A DNA stretch of 64,000 nt from Paracoccus sp. (in: a-proteobacteria) (GTDB lineage: Bacteria > Pseudomonadota > Alphaproteobacteria > Rhodobacterales > Rhodobacteraceae), in the NCBI RefSeq assembly GCF_030538695.1, contig NZ_JAUNTN010000003.1, forward strand, positions 13,678 to 77,677. Reading direction: 5' to 3'. Made by a program: the position numbers and the translations under genes. Below, one piece after another: positions 28,594 to 38,370 of this stretch; within the stretch, counting starts at the first letter, position 1, and each line of letters begins with the position of its first letter. A model generated the notes under the pieces. The model was given only the letters and a program-made list of their open reading frames with translations, was not told the DNA's origin and made no database searches.

Positions 28594-29212
28594 GCTTGCG
28601 GGCCTGCAAAAGCTGGCGCTGTGGCTGTCGCCGGGTTTTCCGATCAGCGCCTATGCCTACTCCCACGGGGTCGAGCAGGCCATCGCGGATGGTGCGATCC
28701 ATGACGCCGCCACGGCGCAAGGGTGGATTGCCGACCTGCTGGCCCATGGCGCGGGGCGCAATGATGCGATCCTGCTGGTCCATGCCTGGCGCGGCGCGGA
28801 TGTGGCTGATCTGGCGCTGGCGCTGACCGGCGCGGCCAGTCGCCGGCGCGAGGCCGTTGAGCAGGGCGCAGCCTTTGCCCGCATCATCAGCGCGACCGAG
28901 GCACCGCTGCCCGCCGCGCCTTATCCGGTTGTCGTGGGGCAGGCTGCCGCCCGCGCCGGTGCCGCCCTGCCGGAAACGCTGGTGCTGTTCTTGCAGGCTT
29001 TTGCCAGCACGCTGACCACGGTTTGCGTGAAATCCGTCCCGCTGGGCCAGACGCAGGGGCAAAGCGTCCTGACGGCGCTGCTGCCGCTGATCCGCAGCCT
29101 CGCCGGGCAGGCGGCAAGCGCCAGCCTCGACGATCTTGGCGGGGCCTGCCTGTGGGGTGATCTGGCCGCTATCCGCCATGAAACGCTTGAACCAAGGATT
29201 TATCGCACATGA
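28586..29212 (+). CDS. ureF: urease accessory protein UreF
   Basis: UreF family (…[13 protein letters not shown]…); ATG 28586 overlaps the ureE stop (alternative starts 28556 or 28517). Confidence 0.75.
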   Translation: MTELAGLQKLALWLSPGFPISAYAYSHGVEQAIADGAIHDAATAQGWIADLLAHGAGRNDAILLVHAWRGADVADLALALTGAASRRREAVEQGAAFARIISATEAPLPAAPYPVVVGQAAARAGAALPETLVLFLQAFASTLTTVCVKSVPLGQTQGQSVLTALLPLIRSLAGQAASASLDDLGGACLWGDLAAIRHETLEPRIYRT

Positions 29213-29817
29213 GCCAGAACGGACCCCTTCGCATCGGTATCGGCGGCCCCGTCGGCGCAGGCAAAACCCGGCTGACCGAGGCGCTTTGCCGGGCGCTGTC
29301 CGGCGATCTTTCGGTCGCCGCGATCACCAATGACATCTACACGCGCGAGGATGCCGAATATCTGACCCGTGTGCAGGCGCTGCCTGCGGATCGTATCCGC
29401 GGGGTCGAAACCGGCGGCTGCCCGCATACGGCGATCCGCGAGGATTGTTCCATCAACCTTGCCGCCGTGGACGATCTGACGGCGGCTTTTCCCGATCTGG
29501 ATGTGATCCTGATTGAATCCGGTGGCGACAACCTGTCAGCGACTTTCTCGCCCGAGCTGGCGGATCTGACCGTCTATGTCATCAGTTGCAGCATGGGCGA
29601 CGATATTCCGCGCAAGGGCGGGCCGGGGGTCACACGGTCCGATCTGCTGGTCATCAACAAGACGGACATTGCCGGGGCTGTCGATTGCGACACCGAGCGC
29701 ATGGCCCGCGATGCCGCCCAAAATCGCGGCCCCCGGCCGGTGCGGTTCTGTTCGCTGAAAACCGGCGCGGGGGTGGCGGAGGTGGTGGCCGAAATCCGCA
29801 GGCTGGGCGGGCTTTAA
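29209..29817 (+). CDS. ureG: urease accessory GTPase UreG
   Basis: P-loop GGPVGAGKT; 202 aa; ATGA overlap with ureF. Confidence 0.9.
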   Translation: MSQNGPLRIGIGGPVGAGKTRLTEALCRALSGDLSVAAITNDIYTREDAEYLTRVQALPADRIRGVETGGCPHTAIREDCSINLAAVDDLTAAFPDLDVILIESGGDNLSATFSPELADLTVYVISCSMGDDIPRKGGPGVTRSDLLVINKTDIAGAVDCDTERMARDAAQNRGPRPVRFCSLKTGAGVAEVVAEIRRLGGL

Positions 29818-29820
29818 CCC

Positions 29821-30294
29821 CTAACCCGGCAGCGGCACCGGCTGCGTGACCAGATGCGGCTTGCGCTTTTCATAAAAGGCGTTGCCGCCCGCTGTCAGCA
29901 CATAATGCATGTTGTTATAGGAAAACCGATGTGTGGCGGCGTGGAAGAACATCGCATTGCCGATCCTTGGGTGGCGTTCGCCGCGCAGAACGGCGCGGGC
30001 GGCCTCGCGCACATCGGGCATAGCCTTGGACTGCATCTTGCGGGTCATCACCCCCGGCGCGAACTGGTTCTTCTGCGCCACCACCGCGCAGACCGAGTTC
30101 GGAAACTGATCCGAGCGCACCCGGTTCATCACCACGCTGCCCACCGCGATCATGCCCTCGCGGCTGGAACGGTGCGATTCAAAAAACATCGCCCGTTCCA
30201 TACATTCCTGGGCGCTGTGGCGCGGGCCGATGCCGCAGCCTGCCAGCGTGGCCCCGATCAGGCCAAGCGCCAGTGCGGTTTTTGCGCGTTTCAT
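29821..30294 (-). CDS. cell wall hydrolase (SleB/Hydrolase_2 family) lipoprotein
   Basis: Lipobox LAGC after the signal peptide; SleB-domain motifs (MFFES..., SVCAVVAQKNQF, NAMFFHA). Confidence 0.7.
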   Translation of the reverse strand: MKRAKTALALGLIGATLAGCGIGPRHSAQECMERAMFFESHRSSREGMIAVGSVVMNRVRSDQFPNSVCAVVAQKNQFAPGVMTRKMQSKAMPDVREAARAVLRGERHPRIGNAMFFHAATHRFSYNNMHYVLTAGGNAFYEKRKPHLVTQPVPLPG

Positions 30295-30388
30295 GGGTTC
30301 TGCCCCTTATGTCCTGCTCTTTTGGACAGGTTATCAGCAGGGCAGCATGGCACGCAATATCCGCGCAGGCCGGTCGGCAAGGTGCGGC

Positions 30389-32377
30389 TTAACCTTTGGG
30401 GCGGCGCGGGGCAGAGGTGCCGCCGGGGCGTGCCGGGCCAGAACGCGGGGGGCCAGAACGCGACGGGCGCGCTGGCTTGCCATAAGCCGGTTTCCCGCCA
30501 GAGGGTTTTCCCGCTGCCGCCTTGCTGCGTGGGGCCTTTGCCTTGGGCGCATAGGGCTTGCCCGCAGGCTTTTCCGCAGCATTACGGGCAGCTTTGGCCG
30601 CGGGTTTCGGGGCAGTGGTCCGCGCAGTTTTTGCCGGTTTTGCGGCAGGTTTGGCAGCCTTTGGCGCAGGCTTCGCCGGGCGCGGCGCATCCTCATCACG
30701 CGGGGCCTTGCTGAAGGGGGGCTTGGAAAATGAGGTTTTGCCCGACGGGGCCTTGTCGAAGGCCGCCTTGCTGAAACTTTGGCCCTTGCGATGCGGCTTT
30801 TTCGGCGCGGGGCCGGTGGGCGCGTCGAAATCGGGGGCGGTTTCCATGCGCAGCATGGTCAGCCCCGGTTCCAACTCGTGACCCGCGCCGAAATGTGCGG
30901 CGGCGGCTTCGGCAAGCTGCACGAAGGTCACGCGCTGTTTGACCCGGATTGCACCGATCAGGTCGCGGGTGATGCCACCTGCCTCGCAAATCTTGGGCAG
31001 AAGCCAGCGGGCCTCGGCGCGGTCCTCATGCCCTGCGGATACGGTAAACCAGACCGAGGGGCCGAACTCGCCGCGCGGGGCACGCGGGGCCGCCGGGGCC
31101 GAAGGCTGCACGGGGATCAGCTCCTCGGGGGCGGGACGCCCGCCACGCCACAGCCGGACAAAGGCCGCTGCCACCGCATCGGCGCCGAAACGCTCCAGCA
31201 GGGCGGTGCCGTCCTCGTCGCCGCCGCTCCATACCGGATCGGTCAGCATCCGTTCGTCATCGGCGGCACGCACCGCATCGGCCGAGGGGGCCTCAACCCA
31301 TTCGGCCTCCAGCTTGGCGAAACGCAGCAGGCGGGTGGCCTTGCCCCGGTCCGGCAGCGGCACGATGAGCGCGGAAACGCCCTTGGCTCCGGCCCGCCCG
31401 GTCCGGCCCGAGCGGTGCAGCAGGGTTTCGGCATTGGTCGGCAGATCGGCGTGGATCACCAGATCCAGCCCCGGCAGGTCGATGCCCCGCGCCGCCACAT
31501 CGGTGGCGATGCAGACCTGCGCCCGCCCGTCGCGCAGCGCCAGCAGCGCATGGCTGCGCTCCTGCTGGCTAAGCTCGCCCGACAGCGCCACGGCGCGGAA
31601 ACCACGGTTTCCCATCCGCGCCAGCAGATGCGCCACATTCGCCCGCGTCTTGCAAAAGACGATAGCGGTGCGCGGTTCATAGTAACGCAGCAGGTTGAAA
31701 ATCGCCGGCTCGCGGTCGCGCGGCTGCACGGTCACGGCGCGATAGGTGATGTCGCCATGCTGGCGGGCCTCGCCGCCCACGGTCAGGCGCAGCGCGTCGC
31801 GCTGGAAATCACGGGCCAGCGCCTCGATGGCGGGGGGGACGGTGGCGGAAAACAGCAGCGTGCGGCGGCTTTCGGGGGCGGCGGCCAGGATGAACTCCAG
31901 ATCCTCGCGGAAACCGAGGTCCAGCATCTCATCGGCCTCGTCCAGCACCACGGCGCGCAGGCCAGACAGGTCCAGCGAGCCGCGCTCGATATGGTCGCGC
32001 AGGCGGCCCGGCGTGCCGACGACGATCTGCGGCCCGGCGGCGAGCGCCCGCAACTGGCCGCGATATTCCATGCCGCCAACGACGGTTGCGACCTGAGCCC
32101 CCTGATGCAGCCAGCCCAATTCACGGGCGACTTGCAGTGCCAGCTCGCGCGTCGGCGCGATCACCAGCGCCAGTGGCAGGCCGGAGACGGCGGCCAGATC
32201 CGGCCCCAGCGCCAGCCCAAAGGCCACCGTTTTGCCCGAGCCGGTCTGCGCCGACACCAGCAGGTCGCGGCCTGCGGCCTCGGGGGCCAGCACGGCCTGT
32301 TGCACGGCGGTCAGGCTGTCATAGCCCTTGGCGGCGAGAGCCTCGGCCAATGCCGGGGCAAGATCGGGATGAATCAT
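30389..32377 (-). CDS. DEAD-box ATP-dependent RNA helicase with DbpA-like RNA-binding domain and Lys/Ala/Pro-rich basic C-terminal tail
   Basis: Q-motif, AQTGSGKT (motif I), DEAD (VLDEADEM), SAT, HRSGRTGR; start at MIHPDL (AGGA SD); ~200-aa KPA-rich tail. Confidence 0.85.
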   Translation of the reverse strand: MIHPDLAPALAEALAAKGYDSLTAVQQAVLAPEAAGRDLLVSAQTGSGKTVAFGLALGPDLAAVSGLPLALVIAPTRELALQVARELGWLHQGAQVATVVGGMEYRGQLRALAAGPQIVVGTPGRLRDHIERGSLDLSGLRAVVLDEADEMLDLGFREDLEFILAAAPESRRTLLFSATVPPAIEALARDFQRDALRLTVGGEARQHGDITYRAVTVQPRDREPAIFNLLRYYEPRTAIVFCKTRANVAHLLARMGNRGFRAVALSGELSQQERSHALLALRDGRAQVCIATDVAARGIDLPGLDLVIHADLPTNAETLLHRSGRTGRAGAKGVSALIVPLPDRGKATRLLRFAKLEAEWVEAPSADAVRAADDERMLTDPVWSGGDEDGTALLERFGADAVAAAFVRLWRGGRPAPEELIPVQPSAPAAPRAPRGEFGPSVWFTVSAGHEDRAEARWLLPKICEAGGITRDLIGAIRVKQRVTFVQLAEAAAAHFGAGHELEPGLTMLRMETAPDFDAPTGPAPKKPHRKGQSFSKAAFDKAPSGKTSFSKPPFSKAPRDEDAPRPAKPAPKAAKPAAKPAKTARTTAPKPAAKAARNAAEKPAGKPYAPKAKAPRSKAAAGKPSGGKPAYGKPARPSRSGPPRSGPARPGGTSAPRRPKG

Positions 32378-32477
32378 AGCTGTCCTGAAGTTGCGGTGCG
32401 CAACCACCAGCGACAGCCCATCCATCGCATTCCGGTTTTCCCGCAAACCCGCCCCCTAGAGGCGTGGCGACCCAATG

Positions 32478-33425
32478 TCAAAGGAAAACGAAAGGATCAG
32501 CCTGCGCCAGCAGCCATTCGGCGCTGGCCTCGTCCGTTATCAGCCCGTTTACCAGCCCGCCGCGCAATGCACCCAGCATGGCTTCGCGCTTGGCCGGGCC
32601 ATGGGCGGCGGCGGTGACTTCTGCCCGGTCCAGCGGCGGCAGATGGGCCGAAGCGACGCGGTCGTCGTGATCCAGCCAGCGCCCGTTCAGGTCATAGGGG
32701 CGGCCCAAAATCTCGCCCGCTGCGCCACGCCGGGCCAGCGCAGCGACCTCATCAGCGGTCAGAAAGCCGTCCTTCATCAGCGGCGCATCGGCATTGAACG
32801 ATCCCAGCCCGATCAGTGCCAGATCGGCGCGGGCGGCCATCTCTATCACGCGGATATTGCCGGGCTGGCGGTGCAGGGCGGCGCGTTCCTCGGGGCTGGC
32901 GGCGATCACTGGAACCATTAGCGGAAAGCTGCGGGCCGTGATCAGTTCAGACAGTGAGAACAGCACGTTGTAATAAGCTGCGGAACCGTCAGGTGCGATA
33001 TTCCCGGTCAGCGAGACGATCCGGTGCTGCGGACAGTCGATGCGCGTCATCTGCGCCACCGCTGCCCGCAAGACGCGCCCGGTGCCGATGGCCAGAATCA
33101 GCGGATCGGGGCGGGACAGGGCTTGTTCCAGTCCCGCCGCTGCAAGCTGCGCCACCCCGACCGCGCCGGATTCGGCAGGGGCAATTTCGGCCCGGCGCAG
33201 GGCAAAGCGGCCGGCCAGCCGCCCGGCCAGATCAAGGCAGCGCCCGGTGTGGTGGTCGATGCGCACCTTGACGATGCCAGCCGCCTGCGCCTGCGCCAGC
33301 AAACGCTGCGCGGTCTGGCGCGATACGCCCATCTGTGCGGCGATCTGATCCTGCCGCAGCCCGCCGACGTAATACAGCCACGCCGCGCGGGCGGCCTGAT
33401 CCAGTTTCCGGTCGCCTTCGGTCAT
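32478..33425 (-). CDS. smoC: SorC/DeoR-family sugar-binding transcriptional regulator (polyol operon repressor SmoC-like)
   Basis: N-terminal HTH (LRQDQIAAQMGVSRQTAQRLL) plus sugar-binding domain; divergent from smoE; start at MTEGDR (longer alternative 33488). Confidence 0.7.
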   Translation of the reverse strand: MTEGDRKLDQAARAAWLYYVGGLRQDQIAAQMGVSRQTAQRLLAQAQAAGIVKVRIDHHTGRCLDLAGRLAGRFALRRAEIAPAESGAVGVAQLAAAGLEQALSRPDPLILAIGTGRVLRAAVAQMTRIDCPQHRIVSLTGNIAPDGSAAYYNVLFSLSELITARSFPLMVPVIAASPEERAALHRQPGNIRVIEMAARADLALIGLGSFNADAPLMKDGFLTADEVAALARRGAAGEILGRPYDLNGRWLDHDDRVASAHLPPLDRAEVTAAAHGPAKREAMLGALRGGLVNGLITDEASAEWLLAQADPFVFL

Positions 33426-33522
33426 TTTTTGCCACTCTTGCAGATTCGCCTTGCTGAAAGTATTAACACGATATGAGCATTTGCCCATAGTGCGGGCATT
33501 TGTTGTTTGTGAGGAGGATCAC

Positions 33523-34839
33523 ATGACCATTTCCCTGCGCAGCCTTTTGGGCGCTGGTGCTGTCGTTGCGCTGACCGCGCCTGCGATGGCGGAAACCATC
33601 ACCATTGCCACCGTGAACAACGGCGATATGATTCGGATGCAGCGTCTGGCCAGCGCCTTTACCGAGGCGCATCCCGACATCACCCTGAACTGGGTCACGC
33701 TGGAGGAGAACATCCTGCGCGAGCGTGTGACCACCGACATCGCCACCCGTGGCGGTCAGTATGACGTGCTGACCATCGGCAACTATGAGGTGCCGATCTG
33801 GGCAAAGCAGGAATGGCTGGTCCCGATGACCGACATGCCCGAAGGCTATGATGCCGACGACTTGCTGCCCGCCGTGCGTCAGGCGCTTTCGGTGGATGAC
33901 ACGCTGTATGCCGCGCCGTTTTATGGCGAATCGGCCATCGTGATGTATCGCACCGATCTGGCGCAGGCTGCGGGTGTGACCATTTCCGAAAACCCGACCT
34001 GGACCGAGATCAAGGCCGCCGCCGAAGCCATGACCGACAAATCGGCCGAGCAATACGGCATCTGCCTGCGTGGCAAGCCCGGCTGGGGCGAGAACATGGC
34101 GTTCCTGTCGGCCATGGCCAACAGCTATGGCGCGCGCTGGTTCGATATGGACTGGAAACCGCAGTTCGACAGCGCCGAGTGGAGCGAAACCCTGACCGAT
34201 TATCTGGCGCTGATGACCAATTATGGCCCGCCGGGCGCGTCGTCCAACGGGTTTAACGAAAACCTGTCGCTGTTCCAGCAGGGCAAATGCGGCATCTGGA
34301 TTGACGCCAGCGTGGCGGCCAGCTTTGTGACCGACCCGGAAAACTCGACCGTGGCCGAACACGTCGGTTTCGCCAGCTTCCCCAACAAGGAAGGCGTGGA
34401 CAATCGCGGCAACTGGCTGTGGTCGTGGAACCTTGCGATCCCGGCCTCGTCTAAGGCGCAGGATGCAGCCAAGACCTTTGTCGCCTGGGCAACCAGCAAG
34501 GATTACACTGCGCTGGTGGCCGAGAAAGAAGGCTGGCGCGCTGCGCCTCCGGGAACGCGGACCTCGCTGTATGAAAACGCCGATTATCAGGCTGCGGCTC
34601 CGTTTGCCGGGATCACGCTGGCGGCGATGAACGCGGCCAACACCGCAGAACCTTCGGTGTATGAGGTGCCCTATACCGGGGGTCAGTTCGTTGCTATCCC
34701 CGAGTTTCAGGGCATTGGCACCGCTGTAGGACAGCAATTCGCAGCGGCTCTGGCCGGGCAAACCACGGGCGAGGCCGCGCTGAGCGCCGCGCAATCCAAC
34801 GTGGCCCGTGAAATGGCCCGCGCCGGCTATCCCAAGTAA
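33523..34839 (+). CDS. smoE: sorbitol/mannitol ABC transporter periplasmic substrate-binding protein
   Basis: ATG 33523 preceded by GAGGAGGA SD; signal peptide; family-1 sugar SBP; first gene of the smoEFGK order. Confidence 0.8.
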   Translation: MTISLRSLLGAGAVVALTAPAMAETITIATVNNGDMIRMQRLASAFTEAHPDITLNWVTLEENILRERVTTDIATRGGQYDVLTIGNYEVPIWAKQEWLVPMTDMPEGYDADDLLPAVRQALSVDDTLYAAPFYGESAIVMYRTDLAQAAGVTISENPTWTEIKAAAEAMTDKSAEQYGICLRGKPGWGENMAFLSAMANSYGARWFDMDWKPQFDSAEWSETLTDYLALMTNYGPPGASSNGFNENLSLFQQGKCGIWIDASVAASFVTDPENSTVAEHVGFASFPNKEGVDNRGNWLWSWNLAIPASSKAQDAAKTFVAWATSKDYTALVAEKEGWRAAPPGTRTSLYENADYQAAAPFAGITLAAMNAANTAEPSVYEVPYTGGQFVAIPEFQGIGTAVGQQFAAALAGQTTGEAALSAAQSNVAREMARAGYPK

Positions 34840-34845
34840 CCCTTT

Positions 34846-34874
34846 GCGCCGCCCCTGACCGGGCGGCGCTTTCC
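34846..34874 (+). terminator. intra-operon stem-loop (partial terminator/attenuator) after smoE
   Basis: gcgccgccc-CTGACC-gggcggcgc 9-bp stem followed by TTTCC; 6 bp after the smoE stop. Confidence 0.5.
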
Positions 34875-34894
34875 TTGCGCAAAGGGACGCTGCC

Positions 34895-35764
34895 ATGGCG
34901 ACACGCGAAACGGCCCGGATTGCCCGACTGATGCGGATGCCCGCGATTATCCTGCTGTTGGTCTGGATGCTCGTGCCGCTGGGCATGACGCTGTATTATT
35001 CGTTCCTGAATTACAATCTGCTGAACCCGGCTGGAACCAGTTGGGCGGGGTGGTTCAACTATCAGTATTTCTACACTGACCCGGCGTTCTGGGAATCCAT
35101 CCTGAACACGATGATTCTGGTGCTGGGGGTGCTGGCGATTACCGTTATCGGCGGGATCGGCGTTGCCATGCTGATCGACAAGCCGATCTTCGGGCAGGGG
35201 ATCGTGCGCATCCTTGTGATCTCGCCCTTTTTCGTCATGCCGCCGGTGGCCGCGCTGATCTGGAAGAACATGATCATGCACCCCAGCTATGGCGTCTTTG
35301 CCGACATAGCGCGGTTTCTGGGTGTGTCGCCGGTGGACTGGTTCGCGCAATTCCCGCTGTTTTCGATCATCATCATCGTGGCCTGGCAATGGCTGCCCTT
35401 TGCGACGCTGATCCTGCTGACTGCGCTGCAATCGCTGGACAGCGAGCAGGTCGAGGCGGCCGAAATGGACGGCGCGGGCGCTTGGGCGCGGTTCACGCAT
35501 CTGACCCTGCCGCATATGGCGCGGGCGATTACCGTGGTGGTGCTGATCCAGACGATCTTTCTGCTGGGCGTCTACGCCGAAATCCTTGTCACCACCGGGG
35601 GCGGGCCGGGCAATGCCTCGACCAACCTGACCTATCTGATCTACCGCGCGGCGCGTCTGAACTTTGACGTGGGCGGGGCGGCGGCGGGCGGCATCATCGC
35701 CGTTGTGCTGGCCAATATCGTGGCGCTGTTCCTGATGCGCGCCGTCGGCAAGAATCTGGACTGA
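34895..35764 (+). CDS. smoF: polyol ABC transporter permease
   Basis: 289 aa MalF/UgpA-type permease with EAA loop. Confidence 0.8.
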   Translation: MATRETARIARLMRMPAIILLLVWMLVPLGMTLYYSFLNYNLLNPAGTSWAGWFNYQYFYTDPAFWESILNTMILVLGVLAITVIGGIGVAMLIDKPIFGQGIVRILVISPFFVMPPVAALIWKNMIMHPSYGVFADIARFLGVSPVDWFAQFPLFSIIIIVAWQWLPFATLILLTALQSLDSEQVEAAEMDGAGAWARFTHLTLPHMARAITVVVLIQTIFLLGVYAEILVTTGGGPGNASTNLTYLIYRAARLNFDVGGAAAGGIIAVVLANIVALFLMRAVGKNLD

Positions 35765-35775
35765 GGGGGGATCAC

Positions 35776-36600
35776 ATGGCACGCGCAATCCCGCAAAGCA
35801 GCCGCATCCTGTGGACCATCGCCGCATGGGCGGTGGCCCTGATGCTGTTCTTTCCGATCCTTTACGCGATCATCACCAGCCTGAAAACCGAACAGGAGGC
35901 GATTGCCGGGTTCAACCTGATCCCGTCCTTTACCCTGCAAAGTTTTCAGGACGTGCAGTCGCAAAGCAACTATATCCGGCCCTTTATGAACTCGGTCGTT
36001 ATCGCGCTGGGGTCTACGGTGCTGGCGCTGATCGTGGCCATCCCGGCGGCCTGGGCGATGGCCTTTTCGCCCACCAAGAGGACCAAGGACATTCTGATGT
36101 GGATGCTGTCCACCAAGATGATGCCCGCCGTCGCCGTTCTGGTGCCGATCTATCTGATCTTTCTGCGCACCGGGCTGATGGATACGCGCATCGGTCTGAC
36201 CATCATCCTGATGCTGATGAACCTGCCGATCGTGGTCTGGATGCTTTACACCTATTTCCGCGAGATTCCCGGCGAAATCCTTGAGGCCGCGCGGATGGAC
36301 GGCGCGAGCCTGCGCGACGAAATCGTTCACATCCTGACGCCGATGGCGGTGCCGGGGATCGCATCCACGATGCTGCTGAACATCATTCTGGCATGGAACG
36401 AAAGTTTCTGGACCATCCAGTTGACGACGACCAATGCCGCGCCGCTGTCGGCCTTTATCGCCTCGTTCTCAAGCCCGCAGGGCTTGTTCTGGGCGAAACT
36501 CTCGGCGGCATCGGTCATGGCGATTGCGCCGATCCTGATCATGGGCTGGTTCAGCCAGAAACAACTTGTCCGCGGCCTGACGTTCGGCGCGGTGAAATAA
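35776..36600 (+). CDS. smoG: polyol ABC transporter permease
   Basis: 274 aa MalG/UgpE-type permease. Confidence 0.8.
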   Translation: MARAIPQSSRILWTIAAWAVALMLFFPILYAIITSLKTEQEAIAGFNLIPSFTLQSFQDVQSQSNYIRPFMNSVVIALGSTVLALIVAIPAAWAMAFSPTKRTKDILMWMLSTKMMPAVAVLVPIYLIFLRTGLMDTRIGLTIILMLMNLPIVVWMLYTYFREIPGEILEAARMDGASLRDEIVHILTPMAVPGIASTMLLNIILAWNESFWTIQLTTTNAAPLSAFIASFSSPQGLFWAKLSAASVMAIAPILIMGWFSQKQLVRGLTFGAVK

Positions 36601-36609
36601 GGGGATACC

Positions 36610-37608
36610 ATGGGCAGCATTACCCTGAAGCAAGTGCGCAAGGCGTTCGGTGATGTCGAGGTTATTCCCGGCGTCGATCTGGACATCACCGAGGGCGAGT
36701 TCGTGGTCTTTGTCGGCCCCTCGGGCTGCGGCAAATCCACGCTCTTGCGGCTGATCGCGGGGCTGGAGGATGTGACCTCGGGGCAGATCCTGATTAACGG
36801 GCGCGATGTCACCCACGCTGCTCCCGCGCAGCGCAAGCTGGCGATGGTGTTCCAGTCCTATGCGCTTTACCCGCATATGACGGTGCGCAAGAATATCGCC
36901 TTTCCGCTGAAAATGGCGAAAATGCCGCAGGCGGAACAGGACCGGCGGATCGAACATGCCGCCCGCATCCTGAACCTGACCGACTATCTGGACCGCCGCC
37001 CCGGCCAATTGTCCGGCGGTCAGCGCCAACGCGTCGCCATTGGCCGCGCCATCGTGCGCGAACCGGCGGCGTTTCTGTTTGACGAGCCGTTGTCGAACCT
37101 TGATGCGGCGCTGCGGGTGAACATGCGGGTCGAGATTTCCGAACTGCATCAGAACCTGCAAACCACGATGATCTATGTGACCCACGATCAGGTCGAGGCG
37201 ATGACCATGGCCGATAAGATCGTCGTCCTTCGTGCGGGCCGGGTGGAGCAGGTGGGATCGCCGCTGGAGCTGTATAACAAACCCGCAAACCGTTTCGTCG
37301 GTGGTTTTATCGGCAGCCCGAACATGAACTTTATCGAAGGCCCCGATGCTGCGGCCCATGGCGCGCATGCCATCGGGGTGCGCCCCGAACACTGGCAATT
37401 GTCCACAACCGAAGGTGCCTATCGTGGCATCGTCGGCGTGGCGGAACATCTGGGGTCTGACACGCTTTTGCATGTGCATCTGGACAATGGTGCCAGCGTT
37501 ATCGCCCGCGCCAATGGCGAGGTGCCGGTCCATCACGACGACCGCATCTGGCTGACGCCTCAGCCGGGACGCATCTATAAGTTCGACGCAGAAGGACTCG
37601 CACTATGA
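36610..37608 (+). CDS. smoK: polyol ABC transporter ATP-binding protein (MalK-like with C-terminal TOBE domain)
   Basis: [27 protein letters not shown]; 332 aa. Confidence 0.85.
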   Translation: MGSITLKQVRKAFGDVEVIPGVDLDITEGEFVVFVGPSGCGKSTLLRLIAGLEDVTSGQILINGRDVTHAAPAQRKLAMVFQSYALYPHMTVRKNIAFPLKMAKMPQAEQDRRIEHAARILNLTDYLDRRPGQLSGGQRQRVAIGRAIVREPAAFLFDEPLSNLDAALRVNMRVEISELHQNLQTTMIYVTHDQVEAMTMADKIVVLRAGRVEQVGSPLELYNKPANRFVGGFIGSPNMNFIEGPDAAAHGAHAIGVRPEHWQLSTTEGAYRGIVGVAEHLGSDTLLHVHLDNGASVIARANGEVPVHHDDRIWLTPQPGRIYKFDAEGLAL

Positions 37609-38369
37609 GGTTAGAGGGCAAAACCGCGCTGATAACCGGCGCAGCACGGGGCATTGGCCGCGCCTTTGCGGAAGGCTATATCCGCGAAGGCGCACGCGTC
37701 GCCATTGCCGACATCAACGTCGAAGGCGTGCGCGCCACGGCGGCCGAAATCGGTGCGGTGCCGGTGGTCATGGACGTGACCGATCAGGCCAGCATCGACG
37801 CGGGCGTGGCGCAGGCGGTCGAGGCAATGGGCGGCATCGACATTCTGATCAACAACGCCGCCCTGTTCGATCTGGCCCCCATCGTGGACATCACGCGGGA
37901 CAGTTACGACCGGCTGTTCGCAATCAACGTGGGCGGCACGCTGTTCACCATGCAGGCCGTCGCCCGCCACATGATCGAACGCGGCAAAGGTGGCAAGATC
38001 ATCAACATGGCCAGCCAAGCCGGGCGGCGCGGCGAGCCTCTGGTGGCCGTCTATTGCGCCACCAAGGCCGCCGTCATCAGCCTGACCCAATCGGCCGGCC
38101 TGAACCTGATTTCCCACGGCATCAACGTCAACGCCATCGCCCCCGGCGTGGTGGACGGCGAGCATTGGGACGGCGTGGACGCCAAGTTCGCGGAATATGA
38201 AAATAAACCTCGCGGCCAGAAAAAGACCGAGGTCGGCGCCGCCGTCCCCTTTGGCCGCATGGGCACTGCGAACGACCTGACCGGCATGGCGATTTTCCTT
38301 GCCACCCCTGAATCCGATTACATCGTCGCGCAGACATATAACGTCGACGGCGGCAACTGGATGAGCTGA
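37605..38369 (+). CDS. smoS: sorbitol dehydrogenase (short-chain dehydrogenase/reductase)
   Basis: [10 protein letters not shown] Rossmann motif, YCATKAA catalytic motif; 254 aa; ATGA overlap with smoK. Confidence 0.8.
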   Translation: MRLEGKTALITGAARGIGRAFAEGYIREGARVAIADINVEGVRATAAEIGAVPVVMDVTDQASIDAGVAQAVEAMGGIDILINNAALFDLAPIVDITRDSYDRLFAINVGGTLFTMQAVARHMIERGKGGKIINMASQAGRRGEPLVAVYCATKAAVISLTQSAGLNLISHGINVNAIAPGVVDGEHWDGVDAKFAEYENKPRGQKKTEVGAAVPFGRMGTANDLTGMAIFLATPESDYIVAQTYNVDGGNWMS

Positions 38370-38370
38370 G

